Positions 1-9,807 of a stretch of DNA of 64,000 bases are shown here, piece by piece. The notes beneath the pieces are model-generated. The model saw only the letters and a list, made by a program, of their open reading frames with translations. It did not search any database and was not told the DNA's origin. The position numbers were made by a program, and so were the translations under genes. Every line of letters begins with the position of its first letter. The first letter of the stretch is position 1. Source of the stretch: an uncultured Chloroflexia bacterium (lineage in GTDB: Bacteria; Chloroflexota; Limnocylindria; Limnocylindrales; CSP1-4); contig CAVTHS010000011.1 in the NCBI GenBank assembly GCA_963734535.1, positions 96,001-160,000 on the forward strand, in the 5' to 3' direction.

Positions 1-1499
1 CCACGGACCAGGTGGTAGTAGGCCGCGTTCCAGCGAAGCTCTTTCTGGACCGCCGACACCCGAGCCTCCTCGTCGATGAGCACGAACTCGATGCCAGCCA
101 TCTCGGCGAAGTCGGCGAGGGGCTCAGGGCCCACCGCCCGGCTGAGCACCGTGTGGTGCGCACCGCCGGCGATCAGCCAGGCCTCGACCGCCGTGCGCAG
201 GTCGGGTCTCGGCTGCCACACCGCGCGAGCGACCGGCAGGCGCGGCAGCTCGTGTCCTGCGTCGACGACGTCGACGACGTTGGCGACGATTCTGAATCGC
301 TCGCCGAGGTCGGTCATGCCCGCGACGACCGCAGGTCCGGTGTCCGAATCGAAGACCAAACGTACCGGATCCGACCTGGAGCCGATGGAGAGTGGGTGGA
401 TCTCGCACCGCGGGCGGCTGCGGGCGATCGATGGGCAGACCTCCAGCATGTGGGCCCCGAGGACCTTCGGAGCCAGCGGGTCCAGGTCGTACGTGTAGTC
501 CTCCATGAACGAGGTGCCACCGGGCAGGCCGGTTGCCATCACCTTCACGAGGCGCACAAGCGCTGCGGTCTTCCAGTCACCCTCAGCCCCGAAGCCGAAC
601 CCGTCCGCCATGAGGCGCTGGACCGCGAGTCCCGGCAGCTGGCGGAGCCCGTCCAGGTTCTCGAACGTGTCCGTGAAAGCGCCGTGCCCGCCGGCTGCGA
701 GGAACCCCCTCAGGCCGGCCTCGATCCTCGCGGCTTCGAGGAGCGCCTCGCGACGGTCGCCCCCTTCGGCCAGCTCGGGCGCGAGGTCGTACTCCTGCTC
801 GTACTGCTGGACGAGGTCGTCGATGGCGGCGCCGGGCACCGCCCGGATCGCGTCGCTGAGGTCGCTGACACCGTAGCCGTTGACGGCCACGCCGAGCCGG
901 ATCTGGGCCTCGACCTTGTCTCCCTCGGTGTCCGCGACGTGGCGCATCGTGTCGCCGAAGCGGGCCACCGAGAGGTGCTGCGCCTCCTGCCAGGCGCAGG
1001 CCGCCCGCGCCCACGTGGCGATCCGTCCCACGACCTGCGGATCCTGCCAGTGCCCTGCGACGGTCTTTCGGGCGACCTGCATCCGGGTGGCGAGGTAGCC
1101 GAACTCGCGATCGCCATGGGCCGACTGGTGGAGATTCATGAAGTCCATGTCGATCTCCGACCATGGGAGATCCCGGTTGAACTGCGTGTGAAGGTGGAGC
1201 AGGGGCTTCCGGATCGCCTGGAGCCCGGCGATCCACATCCGTGCCGGAGAGAAGGTGTGCATCCAGAGGATCACGCCGACACACGAGTCGCTCGCGTTTG
1301 CATCGCGACACGTGGTCGCGATCGATTCGGACGAAGTCACGACCGGGCGGTGCACGACGCGCACGGGAAGCACGGGCGAGGAATCGAGCTCGGCCGCGAT
1401 CCGCTTGGAGTTGGCGGCCACCTGGCGCAGGGTCTCGTCCCCGTACATCTCCTGGCTTCCGGTGACGAGCCAGACCTCGTACGCGCCCAGGGGCTTCAT
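1..1499 (-). CDS. araA: L-arabinose isomerase (3' end runs just off the window)
   Basis: Not in the ORF track; read manually on the minus strand. N-terminus [20 protein letters not shown] and C-terminus [16 protein letters not shown] match AraA; ~500 codons. Confidence 0.93.
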   Translation of the reverse strand, partial: MKPLGAYEVWLVTGSQEMYGDETLRQVAANSKRIAAELDSSPVLPVRVVHRPVVTSSESIATTCRDANASDSCVGVILWMHTFSPARMWIAGLQAIRKPLLHLHTQFNRDLPWSEIDMDFMNLHQSAHGDREFGYLATRMQVARKTVAGHWQDPQVVGRIATWARAACAWQEAQHLSVARFGDTMRHVADTEGDKVEAQIRLGVAVNGYGVSDLSDAIRAVPGAAIDDLVQQYEQEYDLAPELAEGGDRREALLEAARIEAGLRGFLAAGGHGAFTDTFENLDGLRQLPGLAVQRLMADGFGFGAEGDWKTAALVRLVKVMATGLPGGTSFMEDYTYDLDPLAPKVLGAHMLEVCPSIARSRPRCEIHPLSIGSRSDPVRLVFDSDTGPAVVAGMTDLGERFRIVANVVDVVDAGHELPRLPVARAVWQPRPDLRTAVEAWLIAGGAHHTVLSRAVGPEPLADFAEMAGIEFVLIDEEARVSAVQKELRWNAAYYHLVR

Positions 1500-1676
1500 C
1501 GCAGCATCTCGCTTTCACTGGGTGGTGCGGTCCGCACACGGATGGTGCGCGGTCGCCGGTGTTGATCGGACGGCGCTCCGCCCCTCGTCTCGAGCCCGCT
1601 GGCTCGTGATGCGCGCCCGATGGCTGCGGCCCTCGCCGGGCACGGGGCCCAGGCGCAGCCGCGGAACCTCGCGGAG

Positions 1677-2588
1677 CTACTTGTCGGTGATGTCGACGGC
1701 ATGGCTCACGAACGTCTTCTGCTGCTTCGACTCGACGCTGACCAGGATGTAGAGACCGGTGACGTCTCCCGGCACCGAGACCTCGGTGGTCCAGTCCGCG
1801 GAGTGGCCAGCCGGGGTGATGGGGGTGTCCGCCAGGTGCGGACTCTCGTAGAAGCCGTAGATGATGCCGTCCGACCCGACCACCGGCGGCGTCCCGATGT
1901 GCACGTACGTCGGGTACTCGGTGGGGTTGGTCGTCTGCCAGGCGAGCTCGAGGCCATCCGCGTTCCGTGTCGCGCTCGTGAGGCTCAGCGTGCAGTTGTT
2001 GATCGCCACGATCTTGGCGTCAGCCTTCTCGATGACGCCGTCGACCGGGGCGGCGACAGGGTACTTGAGGTCCGCTGACAGCTTGTCGAGATCGACCGCG
2101 AGCTTGGCGCCGATCGGGGCGGTCGGCGAGTAGTAGTTGAAGTCGCCGGTGACGTAGCTGTACGCGATCGAGAGCTTCGCACCGGGCGCCGGCGTGGCAC
2201 CCGCGCATTCGACGTAGATGAGCTGCGTCGCCGGCTTCGCCTTCGTGCCGCCCGTGTAACCGCGGACCTGGAAGCCCGGCGCGATGGACGTGCCGCCGGT
2301 CCCGACGAAGACGGTTCCGCAGTTGGTCGACGTGCCGTCGCTCGTCGTAAGGACGGCCGGCTGGTTGGGTGTCGCCTGCATCGCGCTCCACGCCCCGGTG
2401 TCGTTCCGGACCGTGATGTCGACGTGAAGCCCGCCATTCGCGGCGTCGACCTTCGTCGCGACGGCGGTCCATGCGCCGGATGCCGCCGGCGAGGGAGAGC
2501 TCTCGTCCTCGGGCGTCACGATGTACCCGCAGCCCGCCAGCACCAGCGCGCAGGCCAATGCCGGGGCCAGCTTCCAGCGCGCTCTCAT
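1677..2588 (-). CDS. Uncharacterised lipoprotein, beta-rich (possibly two Ig-like domains)
   Basis: Signal peptide with lipobox LVLAGC; S/P/A linker; lies between the ABC permease and araA on the same strand. Confidence 0.75.
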   Translation of the reverse strand: MRARWKLAPALACALVLAGCGYIVTPEDESSPSPAASGAWTAVATKVDAANGGLHVDITVRNDTGAWSAMQATPNQPAVLTTSDGTSTNCGTVFVGTGGTSIAPGFQVRGYTGGTKAKPATQLIYVECAGATPAPGAKLSIAYSYVTGDFNYYSPTAPIGAKLAVDLDKLSADLKYPVAAPVDGVIEKADAKIVAINNCTLSLTSATRNADGLELAWQTTNPTEYPTYVHIGTPPVVGSDGIIYGFYESPHLADTPITPAGHSADWTTEVSVPGDVTGLYILVSVESKQQKTFVSHAVDITDK

Positions 2589-2604
2589 CGTTGGAGTCCC
2601 TCGC

Positions 2605-4218
2605 TCATTGGGAACCGGCACCGAACTTCGGGAGGATGGTGGACAGTCGGCCGGTCATGAGCCAGTAGTTGGCCGGAGCGGCCGTCCCGCCGTCGACGGC
2701 CTTCACGGTCTTCACGACGCCCTTGTAGGCGACGGTCGTGTAGTACGTGAAGCACTGCCCACACTGGATCTCCGAGGTCGAGTACATGTTGTCGGTGAAC
2801 CAGCCCAGGCTGTCGATCGCGCCGAGCAGCGCCTCGACGTCCGCCGGCGAGGCCTGCTTCTCCATCGTCTGCGCTCCGTTGTCGGCGACGATGCGTCCAT
2901 CGGCATAGATGGCGTACAGCTCGTCGACGCAGCCGGACCCGCCGTTTCGCTCGTACGCGATCACCGCACCATCATTCATGAGCTGGGTGGCCCGATCCTG
3001 CCGGAACGGCTTGAGCTGGCACCCGGTGCCCGTATCACCCGGCCCGTGGGCCGCGTTCTGGGCACCGAAGACCTGCACGGCCGCGAGGAGCACCACGACG
3101 ACGACGGCCCCCGCCAGCACCCGGCGGTCGCGCCAGACGGCGCGTCGCCCGCGGCCGGCCGTGGAGGCTCTGCCCGCGATCCCGAGCCGGCCGGCGGTGA
3201 TCTGTCGGGCATTCAGCGTGGCCAGGAGGCTCTGCACGCCGATGAAGACGAGCATCAGCGCGCCGATGACGATGCTGGTCCACCACGAGCTGAGCTGGCC
3301 GTTGAACTGGATCAGGCTCTGGATCAGGGCCGTGATGAGCACCCCGAAGAGCCCGCCGAGCAGGTAGCCTTCGCCGCCCGTGAGCGCCATCCCACCGATG
3401 ACCACCGCCGCGATGGTCGTCAGCTCCATGCCCGTGGCGTGCGTCCCGTGGCCGGAGCCAACGTAGATGCTGTACGCGATTCCGGCGAGCGCCGAGCAGA
3501 ACCCGCTCAGCATGTAGACCTGGACCTTGGTCCGGTCGACCCGTAGACCCATCAGGCGCGCGGACTGCTCGTTGAGGCCGTTGTTGCCGCCCATGGCATA
3601 GATGGTTCGGCCGAACTTCGTGAAGTGGGCGATGTACATGCCGACGGCGAGCACCACGAGCGCCACCACGACGAGGATCGTGACGTAGTCACCCTTCTTG
3701 GTCACCGGGTCCGCCAGCCCGGGAATCAGGATGCGCGTCCCGGAAAGCGTCCTGTAGAGCGGGTCGTAGATCCGGATCTCGCTGTCGCTGACGACGAAGG
3801 ACAACCCCCGCGCCAGCCACATCCCCGCCAGCGTCGCGATGAATGGCTGCACCTTGAGATAGGCGATGAACGCGCCCATCACGGCGCCGAACAGCACGCC
3901 CATCCCGAGCATCAGGCCGAAGACGAGCCACGGGTCCCAGCCGTCCCTGAGGAGCGCTGCCGTGGCGACGGTCGTCAACGCCAGCACCCCGCTGACGGAG
4001 AGGTCGATCCCGCCCGAGATGATCACCAGGCCTTCGCCCACGACCAGGATGAGCAGGAACGGGGTGGTGATGAACAGGTTGAAGAACAACTGCCCGTCGC
4101 GCATGGCCGGGAACAAGAAGGTTCCCGCCAGGAACGCGATCGCAAACAGCGCGACGGTCGCACCGACCGGCAGGAACTTCCGGCTGTTCGCGAAGCGCAG
4201 GCGCAACGTCTGCATCAT
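2605..4218 (-). CDS. Sugar ABC permease (YjfF-like) with extra C-terminal TM helix and extracellular domain
   Basis: GGIDLSVSG, PFIATLAGM, FGRTIYAMGGN and ELTTIAAVVIGG motifs; ATGA overlap with upstream permease; C-terminal extension beyond the permease core. Confidence 0.85.
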   Translation of the reverse strand: MMQTLRLRFANSRKFLPVGATVALFAIAFLAGTFLFPAMRDGQLFFNLFITTPFLLILVVGEGLVIISGGIDLSVSGVLALTTVATAALLRDGWDPWLVFGLMLGMGVLFGAVMGAFIAYLKVQPFIATLAGMWLARGLSFVVSDSEIRIYDPLYRTLSGTRILIPGLADPVTKKGDYVTILVVVALVVLAVGMYIAHFTKFGRTIYAMGGNNGLNEQSARLMGLRVDRTKVQVYMLSGFCSALAGIAYSIYVGSGHGTHATGMELTTIAAVVIGGMALTGGEGYLLGGLFGVLITALIQSLIQFNGQLSSWWTSIVIGALMLVFIGVQSLLATLNARQITAGRLGIAGRASTAGRGRRAVWRDRRVLAGAVVVVVLLAAVQVFGAQNAAHGPGDTGTGCQLKPFRQDRATQLMNDGAVIAYERNGGSGCVDELYAIYADGRIVADNGAQTMEKQASPADVEALLGAIDSLGWFTDNMYSTSEIQCGQCFTYYTTVAYKGVVKTVKAVDGGTAAPANYWLMTGRLSTILPKFGAGSQ

Positions 4219-5309
4219 GCGGCCGCCTGCCTCCGCGCGACCCGCCCGACGATCCTGCGGCCGAGGTCCTGCACCTGCTGGGAGTAGAGCAGGATCACGA
4301 CGATCACCATGACCGCCTTGACCGCGGTGATCGCGCTGGCGGCCACGCCGATCGCGTACATGGATGTCTGCGTGGCCTGGATGACCAGGGCACCGATGAG
4401 ACTGCCCAGCAGCGAGAAGCGGCCTCCCGCCCCGAGGACCGTCCCGCCGATGACGACCGCGAGGATCGCGTCGAGCTCCGTGTACAGGCCAATCTGGTTC
4501 GCGTCCGAGGTCCTGATGCTCGAGACGGCGATCAGCGCTGCGACGCCGGCACAGAAGCCGCAGAACGCGTAGGCGAAGAGCTTGATCCGCTTCTCGTTGA
4601 TGCCGCTGTAGAGGCTCGCCCGGAAGCTGATCCCCACCGACTCGACGAAGAGGCCGATCGCCGTTCGTCGCGTCAGCAACCAGGCACCGGCGAACAGGGC
4701 GACGACGATGAACAGCGAGAACGGCAGCACGATGAAGCCGTTTCCGATGAAGGCGAACGAATCGTTGAAGATGATGATCTTGATCGAGTTGGTGATCAGC
4801 TGGGCGATGCCCCGACCGGCGATCATCAGGATCAGGGTGGCCACCATCGGCTGGATCCGCCCGAAGGAGACCAGCACGCCGTTCCACAGGCCGCAGACCA
4901 CGGCCACCGCGAGCGACGCCGCGATCACGACCGGGATCGGCACGAAGCTGTAGGTGGGGTCACCGACGACTGCAGTGATGTCCCCCTGGAGATTGAGCCC
5001 GACGATCCTCGGATCGATGAGGATGCATGCAACGGAGGCAGCGATCGCCATGATCGCGCCAACTGACAGGTCCACCCCGCCCGTCGCGATGACGAGGGTC
5101 ATCCCGATCGCGAGCGCCACCGTCGGGGTGCTGTTGCGCAGGATGTCGACCAGGCTGCCGAACAGGTGACCGTCCCGAACCTCGAGGTTGAAGAAGCCGG
5201 GGACGAACACGAGGTCGAACAGGAGGATCACCGCGAGCGCGATGATCGGGACGGCGAGCCGACTCTCCCGAAGCGCGTGCCAGCTGAACATGGAGCGGAC
5301 GGCGCTCAT
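4215..5309 (-). CDS. Sugar ABC permease (YtfT-like)
   Basis: TGGVDLSVGAIMA, QPMVATLILM and ELDAILAVVIGG motifs; overlaps the stop of the ATPase gene. Confidence 0.9.
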   Translation of the reverse strand: MSAVRSMFSWHALRESRLAVPIIALAVILLFDLVFVPGFFNLEVRDGHLFGSLVDILRNSTPTVALAIGMTLVIATGGVDLSVGAIMAIAASVACILIDPRIVGLNLQGDITAVVGDPTYSFVPIPVVIAASLAVAVVCGLWNGVLVSFGRIQPMVATLILMIAGRGIAQLITNSIKIIIFNDSFAFIGNGFIVLPFSLFIVVALFAGAWLLTRRTAIGLFVESVGISFRASLYSGINEKRIKLFAYAFCGFCAGVAALIAVSSIRTSDANQIGLYTELDAILAVVIGGTVLGAGGRFSLLGSLIGALVIQATQTSMYAIGVAASAITAVKAVMVIVVILLYSQQVQDLGRRIVGRVARRQAAA

Positions 5310-6826
5310 GCCTCGCCCCCAGCAATCGCGCGCATGATCTCCCGTTCGTCCACCTCGCCGGCGAACTCGGTCACCTTCGCACGGTCCCGCATCACGACGA
5401 CGCGGTGGCTCGTGCGCAGCACCTCCTCGAGCTCGGAGGAGATGAAGATGCACGACTTGCCCTCTTCGGCGAGCGAGAGGACGAGCTTCTGGATGTCTGC
5501 TTTCGTCCCCACGTCGATGCCGCGGGTCGGCTCATCGAGGATCAGCAGGCGTGGATTGGTCGCCAGCCAGCGGGCGAGGATGACTTTCTGCTGGTTCCCG
5601 CCGCTCAGGTTCCTGACGGGCTGATCGGCCGACGGCGTCGCGATGTTCAGGAGCTTGATGTATTTACCGGCGATCGCGTACTGGTCGCTCGTGCTCAGGT
5701 GCCGGAACCAGCCCCGGCTGGCCTGCATCGCCATGATGATGTTCTCTCGCACGGTCAGGTCGGCCACGATCCCTTCGGCCTTTCTGTCCTCGGGGCAGAG
5801 CGCAACGCCTCGCTCGATGGAACCGATCGGCGAGAAGTTGCGAACAGGCTTGCCGTCCATCGTCAGGGAGCCCGCCGTCGGCTGGTCGATCCCGAAGAGC
5901 AGCTGGGCCATCTCGGTCCGCCCGGAGCCGAGCAGGCCGGCCAGGCCAACAACCTCTCCAGCGTGCAGGACGAGGTCGAACGGAGCGATCGACCCGACGA
6001 GGCCGACCCCGTCCGCCTCGAGCAGCGGCTCGGTCCCGATGTGCTGGCTGCTCTCGATCTTGTGCCGGCTGATGTCGTCGAGCTCGGTCAGGCTCCGTCC
6101 CAGCATGAGCGTGATGAGAGTCAGGCGCGGCAGGGCCGCCGTCTCGTACACGCCGACGAGCGCCCCGTTCCGGAGGATCGTGACGCGATCGCTCACCTCG
6201 TAGACCTGGTCGAGGAAGTGGGTGATGAACAGGATCGCAATTCCCTCGCCCTTCAGCTTGCGCATCACCCGGAAGAGCTGGTCCGTCTCGTGGCCCGTCA
6301 GGCTCGACGTCGGCTCGTCCAGGACCAGGACCTTGGCCGACGAGATCACGAGGGCTCGCGCGATGGCCGCCATCTGCTGGATGGCGATCGAATAGGAGCC
6401 CAGGGGTCGGGTGACGTCGATCTCGACGTCCAGCCCGCGGAGTATCTCCCGGGCCTCGCGGTTCATCGCGTTCCAGTCCACGTGCCCCAGCCTCATCGGC
6501 TGCCGGCCGATCAGGAGGTTCTCCGCGACCGTCAGGTTGGGGCAGAGGTTGACCTCCTGGTACACCGTGCTGATGCCGAGCGACTGGGCGTGCAGCGGCG
6601 AGCGGATCGCGACCTCGACGCCGTCCAGGGTGATCCTGCCGTGGTCGGGTCGTTCCACGCCGGTCAGGACCTTGATCAGCGTCGACTTGCCGGCGCCGTT
6701 CTCCCCGACCAGGGCATGGATCTCGCCGCTCGCGAGCGTGAGATTCACCTGCTTGAGCGCCTGCACGCCCGGGAACAACTTGTCGATGCTTTCCATCACG
6801 ACAATGTCGCGGGCGGGATCGGTCAT
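5306..6826 (-). CDS. Sugar ABC ATP-binding protein (YtfR/RbsA-like, two NBDs)
   Basis: Walker A GENGAGKST, LSGGNQQKV, LILDEPTRGIDVG. Confidence 0.93.
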   Translation of the reverse strand: MTDPARDIVVMESIDKLFPGVQALKQVNLTLASGEIHALVGENGAGKSTLIKVLTGVERPDHGRITLDGVEVAIRSPLHAQSLGISTVYQEVNLCPNLTVAENLLIGRQPMRLGHVDWNAMNREAREILRGLDVEIDVTRPLGSYSIAIQQMAAIARALVISSAKVLVLDEPTSSLTGHETDQLFRVMRKLKGEGIAILFITHFLDQVYEVSDRVTILRNGALVGVYETAALPRLTLITLMLGRSLTELDDISRHKIESSQHIGTEPLLEADGVGLVGSIAPFDLVLHAGEVVGLAGLLGSGRTEMAQLLFGIDQPTAGSLTMDGKPVRNFSPIGSIERGVALCPEDRKAEGIVADLTVRENIIMAMQASRGWFRHLSTSDQYAIAGKYIKLLNIATPSADQPVRNLSGGNQQKVILARWLATNPRLLILDEPTRGIDVGTKADIQKLVLSLAEEGKSCIFISSELEEVLRTSHRVVVMRDRAKVTEFAGEVDEREIMRAIAGGEA

Positions 6827-6947
6827 GACGAACCTCTGTCCCGAAGATCTCGGACTCCGCGCCTCACACGCGCGGCCTCGGTCAGGGCGTCGAGGAGGAG
6901 AGGAGGTGTGCGGCCACCTCTCCTCCCGCGCGACTGATCGGATGACG

Positions 6948-6969
6948 CCGGAGCGGTCACCCGCTCCGG
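6948..6969 (-). terminator. Stem-loop just downstream of the substrate-binding gene (mRNA stabiliser or attenuator)
   Basis: CCGGAGCGG-tcac-CCGCTCCGG perfect 9-bp stem; no U-tract. Confidence 0.5.
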
Positions 6970-6976
6970 ACGGCAC

Positions 6977-8078
6977 CTAGTACTTGCGGGTCGCCAGGAT
7001 CGCCGTGAGTGCGTCCGCGCCCTGGGCGGCGAAGAACTCGCCTTCCTGCGACGGGACCCACTTCGGCAGCGATGTGTCGCCGTTCAGAGCCTTCAGGGCC
7101 GCGTCGTAGACCTGCGGCGCGAGAAGCGGGTTGCACTCGATGTCCGCGCCAAGCTCGCCGGAGATCAGGGCCTTGAAGCCGTTGGCGGTCGCGTCGACGC
7201 CGATGACCTGGATGTCCTTGCCGGGCACGAGGCCGGCTTCCTTGATCGCCTGGATGGCGCCGATGGCCTCTTCGTCGTTGTGGGCGAAGACGCCCTGGAT
7301 GTCCTTGGTCTTCTTGAGGAAGGCTTCCATGACGGCCTTCGACTCCGGGACGCCCCAGTTGCCCGTCTGGCTCAGGCCATCGGGGATCGTGATCCCGCAG
7401 TCGCCCATCTTCTCGCGGAAGCCCTTCGCGCGATCGATGCCGGCGGATGCGCCGACGGCGCCGGTGATCTCGGCAACGTTCTTCTTGGGGCTGTCCTTGA
7501 GCAGGTCGCACATCGCCTTGGCGGCCTTCTGCCCTTCGAGGTTGAAGTCCGAGCCGATGTAGGTGTAGTACAGGCTGGGGTCGGCGTCGATGCGGCGGTC
7601 CTCGAGGACGACCACCTTGCCGGCCGCCTTGGCCTCCTTGAGGACGTCGTCATAGCCGGTCACGTCGAGCGCCGCGAGGATGATCACGTTGACCGACGGG
7701 TCCTGGTTGAACTGGTGGAACGCCGAGACCTGGTTCTCGAGCTTGTTCTGGGCGTCGTAGAACTTCAGGGTGATGCCCTTCTGGGTCGCGGTCTCCTTGA
7801 AGGAGGCGGTGTTGGCGGCGCGCCAACCGCTCTCGGACCCCGTCTGGATGAAGCCGACGGTCATGTCCGCGAATGTCTTGGCGGCGGCAGCGACGCTCGG
7901 AGCAGCGCCGGGCGGCGCTCGGAGCGGCGCTCGGAGCGGCGACACTCGCGGCCGCGCTCGGGGCGACGCTCGGTGCAGCGGCGCTTGGCGCGGTCGTGGC
8001 GCCCGACGAGCAGGCGCCGACCAAGGCGGTCATCGCCAGCGCCATCGCGATCCGGGGGAGGAATCCTGTCTTCTGCAT
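6977..8078 (-). CDS. Sugar ABC substrate-binding lipoprotein (YtfQ-like), with apparent +1 frameshift near 7910
   Basis: Signal/lipobox (MQKTG...LVGAC) is in one frame; VGFIQTGSESGWRAANTAS and FAHNDEEAIGA are in the next; span is 3n+1. Confidence 0.85.
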
Positions 8079-8417
8079 TGTCTGGTCTCCGTGTCTCTGC
8101 GTGACCAACGAGGTACCGAGAGAGCTCGCCCCACGACGAGGGCGACATTGCCGGGAGGGCGCAGAGGGGGACGCTCACTGCGCCGCGGCGCATCAGGTGG
8201 TTCCGGATACCATCGGCACTCCTCCGCGACGGCCATCTGGGCGGGGTACTCGGCAGAACGCTGGCCGCGGCGAGCACGCGTGGTCGTGGTCGTCCCAGTC
8301 GCGAGGTCGGCCGAGCGGACGTGGCGCGCCGCGGGCGTCTGCCTGACGAAGTGGCGGCGTGCGTTCCGCGGGCCAGATCCGGGATCGAGACTCGTGCTTG
8401 CCGGGTGCTCGCCTCCC

Positions 8418-8455
8418 TGTTATCGTTCCCGTTATCGGTAACGGGACCGCTAACA
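8418..8455. promoter_or_regulatory. Imperfect 38-bp palindrome, candidate LacI-family operator
   Basis: TGTTATCGTTCCCGTTA-tcgg-TAACGGGACCGCTAACA between divergent ABC and LacI genes; TGTTA..TAACA ends are typical of LacI sites. Confidence 0.65.
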
Positions 8456-8532
8456 CCCTAGCATCACCGGATGCTGTCCGTCAAGATGATTGATGCTGAA
8501 GGACGACCGCCCGAGGCCGATCGGAGCAGGCC

Positions 8533-9693
8533 ATGACCACGCGCAGGCGAATGACGATCAAGGAGGTCGCTCGGGCAGCGGGCGTCTCGACGCAGACCGT
8601 CTCGCGCGTGCTGAACAACCGGCCGGACGTGGCGTTCGAGACGCTCGAGCGGGTTCGTCAGGTCATCGCCGACACGGGCTACACGCCCAACATGCTCGCC
8701 CGAGGCTTGACCCAGGGCCGCAGCCACATCATTGGCGTCGTCGGCTATGGCCTCGACTACTTCGGACCGTCGCGAGTGCTCACGGGGATCGAACAGCAGG
8801 CAGCCGATCTCGGCTATGCGATCTCGCTCAACCTGATCCACGATCCGGAGACGCGCGACGTCGACGCGCTGCTGAGCAGCCTGTTCTCGCGGCAGGTCGA
8901 CGGCATCATCTGGGCGATTCCGGAGGTTGGTGAGAACCGCGTCTGGTCGCACGGCAAAGGGCCGGAGCTGCCACTGCCGGTCGTGCTGGTCGGTGGCATG
9001 GGCGGACAGACCTCGCTCCTGTCGATCGCGATCGACAACGCGGCGATCGGCCGCATCGCCACGGAACACCTCCTGGCCGGGGGGGCGCACCGCGTGGGGA
9101 TCATCACGGGACCGCTCAGCTGGTGGGAGGCCCGGCAGCGCAGGCTCGGATGGCGCGAAGCGCTGGAGGCGCACGGCCTGACGGCCGACGAGCAGCTGGT
9201 GGCCATCGGCGACTGGTCCCCGAACAGCGGCGAGCAGGGTCTCTACAAGCTCCTGGACCAGAACCCGGATCTCGACGCGGTCTTCGCGTCCAACGACCAG
9301 ATGGCGCTCGGCGTGCTCCATGCGGCGCATCGGCTCGGCCGGCGTGTTCCCGAGGATCTTGCCGTGGTGGGCACCGACAACATCGCCGAGTCGTCGCACT
9401 TCTGGCCGTCCCTGACGACGGTCCACCAGCCATTGCACGACGCTGGCGCCCTCGCCGTGCGCGAGATCGATCAGTCGATCGCCGCCGCGCCGGGCTCGCG
9501 TCGTGCGGTCGGTACACTACCGTCTCATGCCGTCCTGCTCGAGCCCGAGCTCATCGTCCGGGAGAGCAGCCGGTCCGTCGAGTCGGTCGGGTCGAAGTCG
9601 AATGGTCGAAGCCAGGAGACCCTTGACGGCAGCGACCCGGTATGGGGCAGCCCGCAGGATCGCCCCGCGTCTCCGTTCAACTCCGTCCCATGA
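8533..9693 (+). CDS. LacI family transcriptional regulator
   Basis: N-terminal HTH TIKEVARAAGVSTQTVSRVLN; VFASNDQMALG; PSLTTVHQP. Confidence 0.95.
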   Translation: MTTRRRMTIKEVARAAGVSTQTVSRVLNNRPDVAFETLERVRQVIADTGYTPNMLARGLTQGRSHIIGVVGYGLDYFGPSRVLTGIEQQAADLGYAISLNLIHDPETRDVDALLSSLFSRQVDGIIWAIPEVGENRVWSHGKGPELPLPVVLVGGMGGQTSLLSIAIDNAAIGRIATEHLLAGGAHRVGIITGPLSWWEARQRRLGWREALEAHGLTADEQLVAIGDWSPNSGEQGLYKLLDQNPDLDAVFASNDQMALGVLHAAHRLGRRVPEDLAVVGTDNIAESSHFWPSLTTVHQPLHDAGALAVREIDQSIAAAPGSRRAVGTLPSHAVLLEPELIVRESSRSVESVGSKSNGRSQETLDGSDPVWGSPQDRPASPFNSVP

Positions 9694-9807
9694 CCGCACG
9701 AAACGAGCGAGGCGAGCTCGCGGCGGGAGGAAGGGCGGCGCGCAGCGCCGGGACATGAGCCGGTAACCGGACAACACCAGCACGCCGGAAGGCGGGAGGA
9801 GGGTCGA

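Noticed and set aside
12-1565. 517-aa plus-strand ORF
   Set aside because: Shadow of araA on the minus strand.
7890-7990. Programmed frameshift or phase variation in the binding-protein linker
   Set aside because: No slippery heptamer or long homopolymer; same +1 pattern as the other probable sequencing errors.
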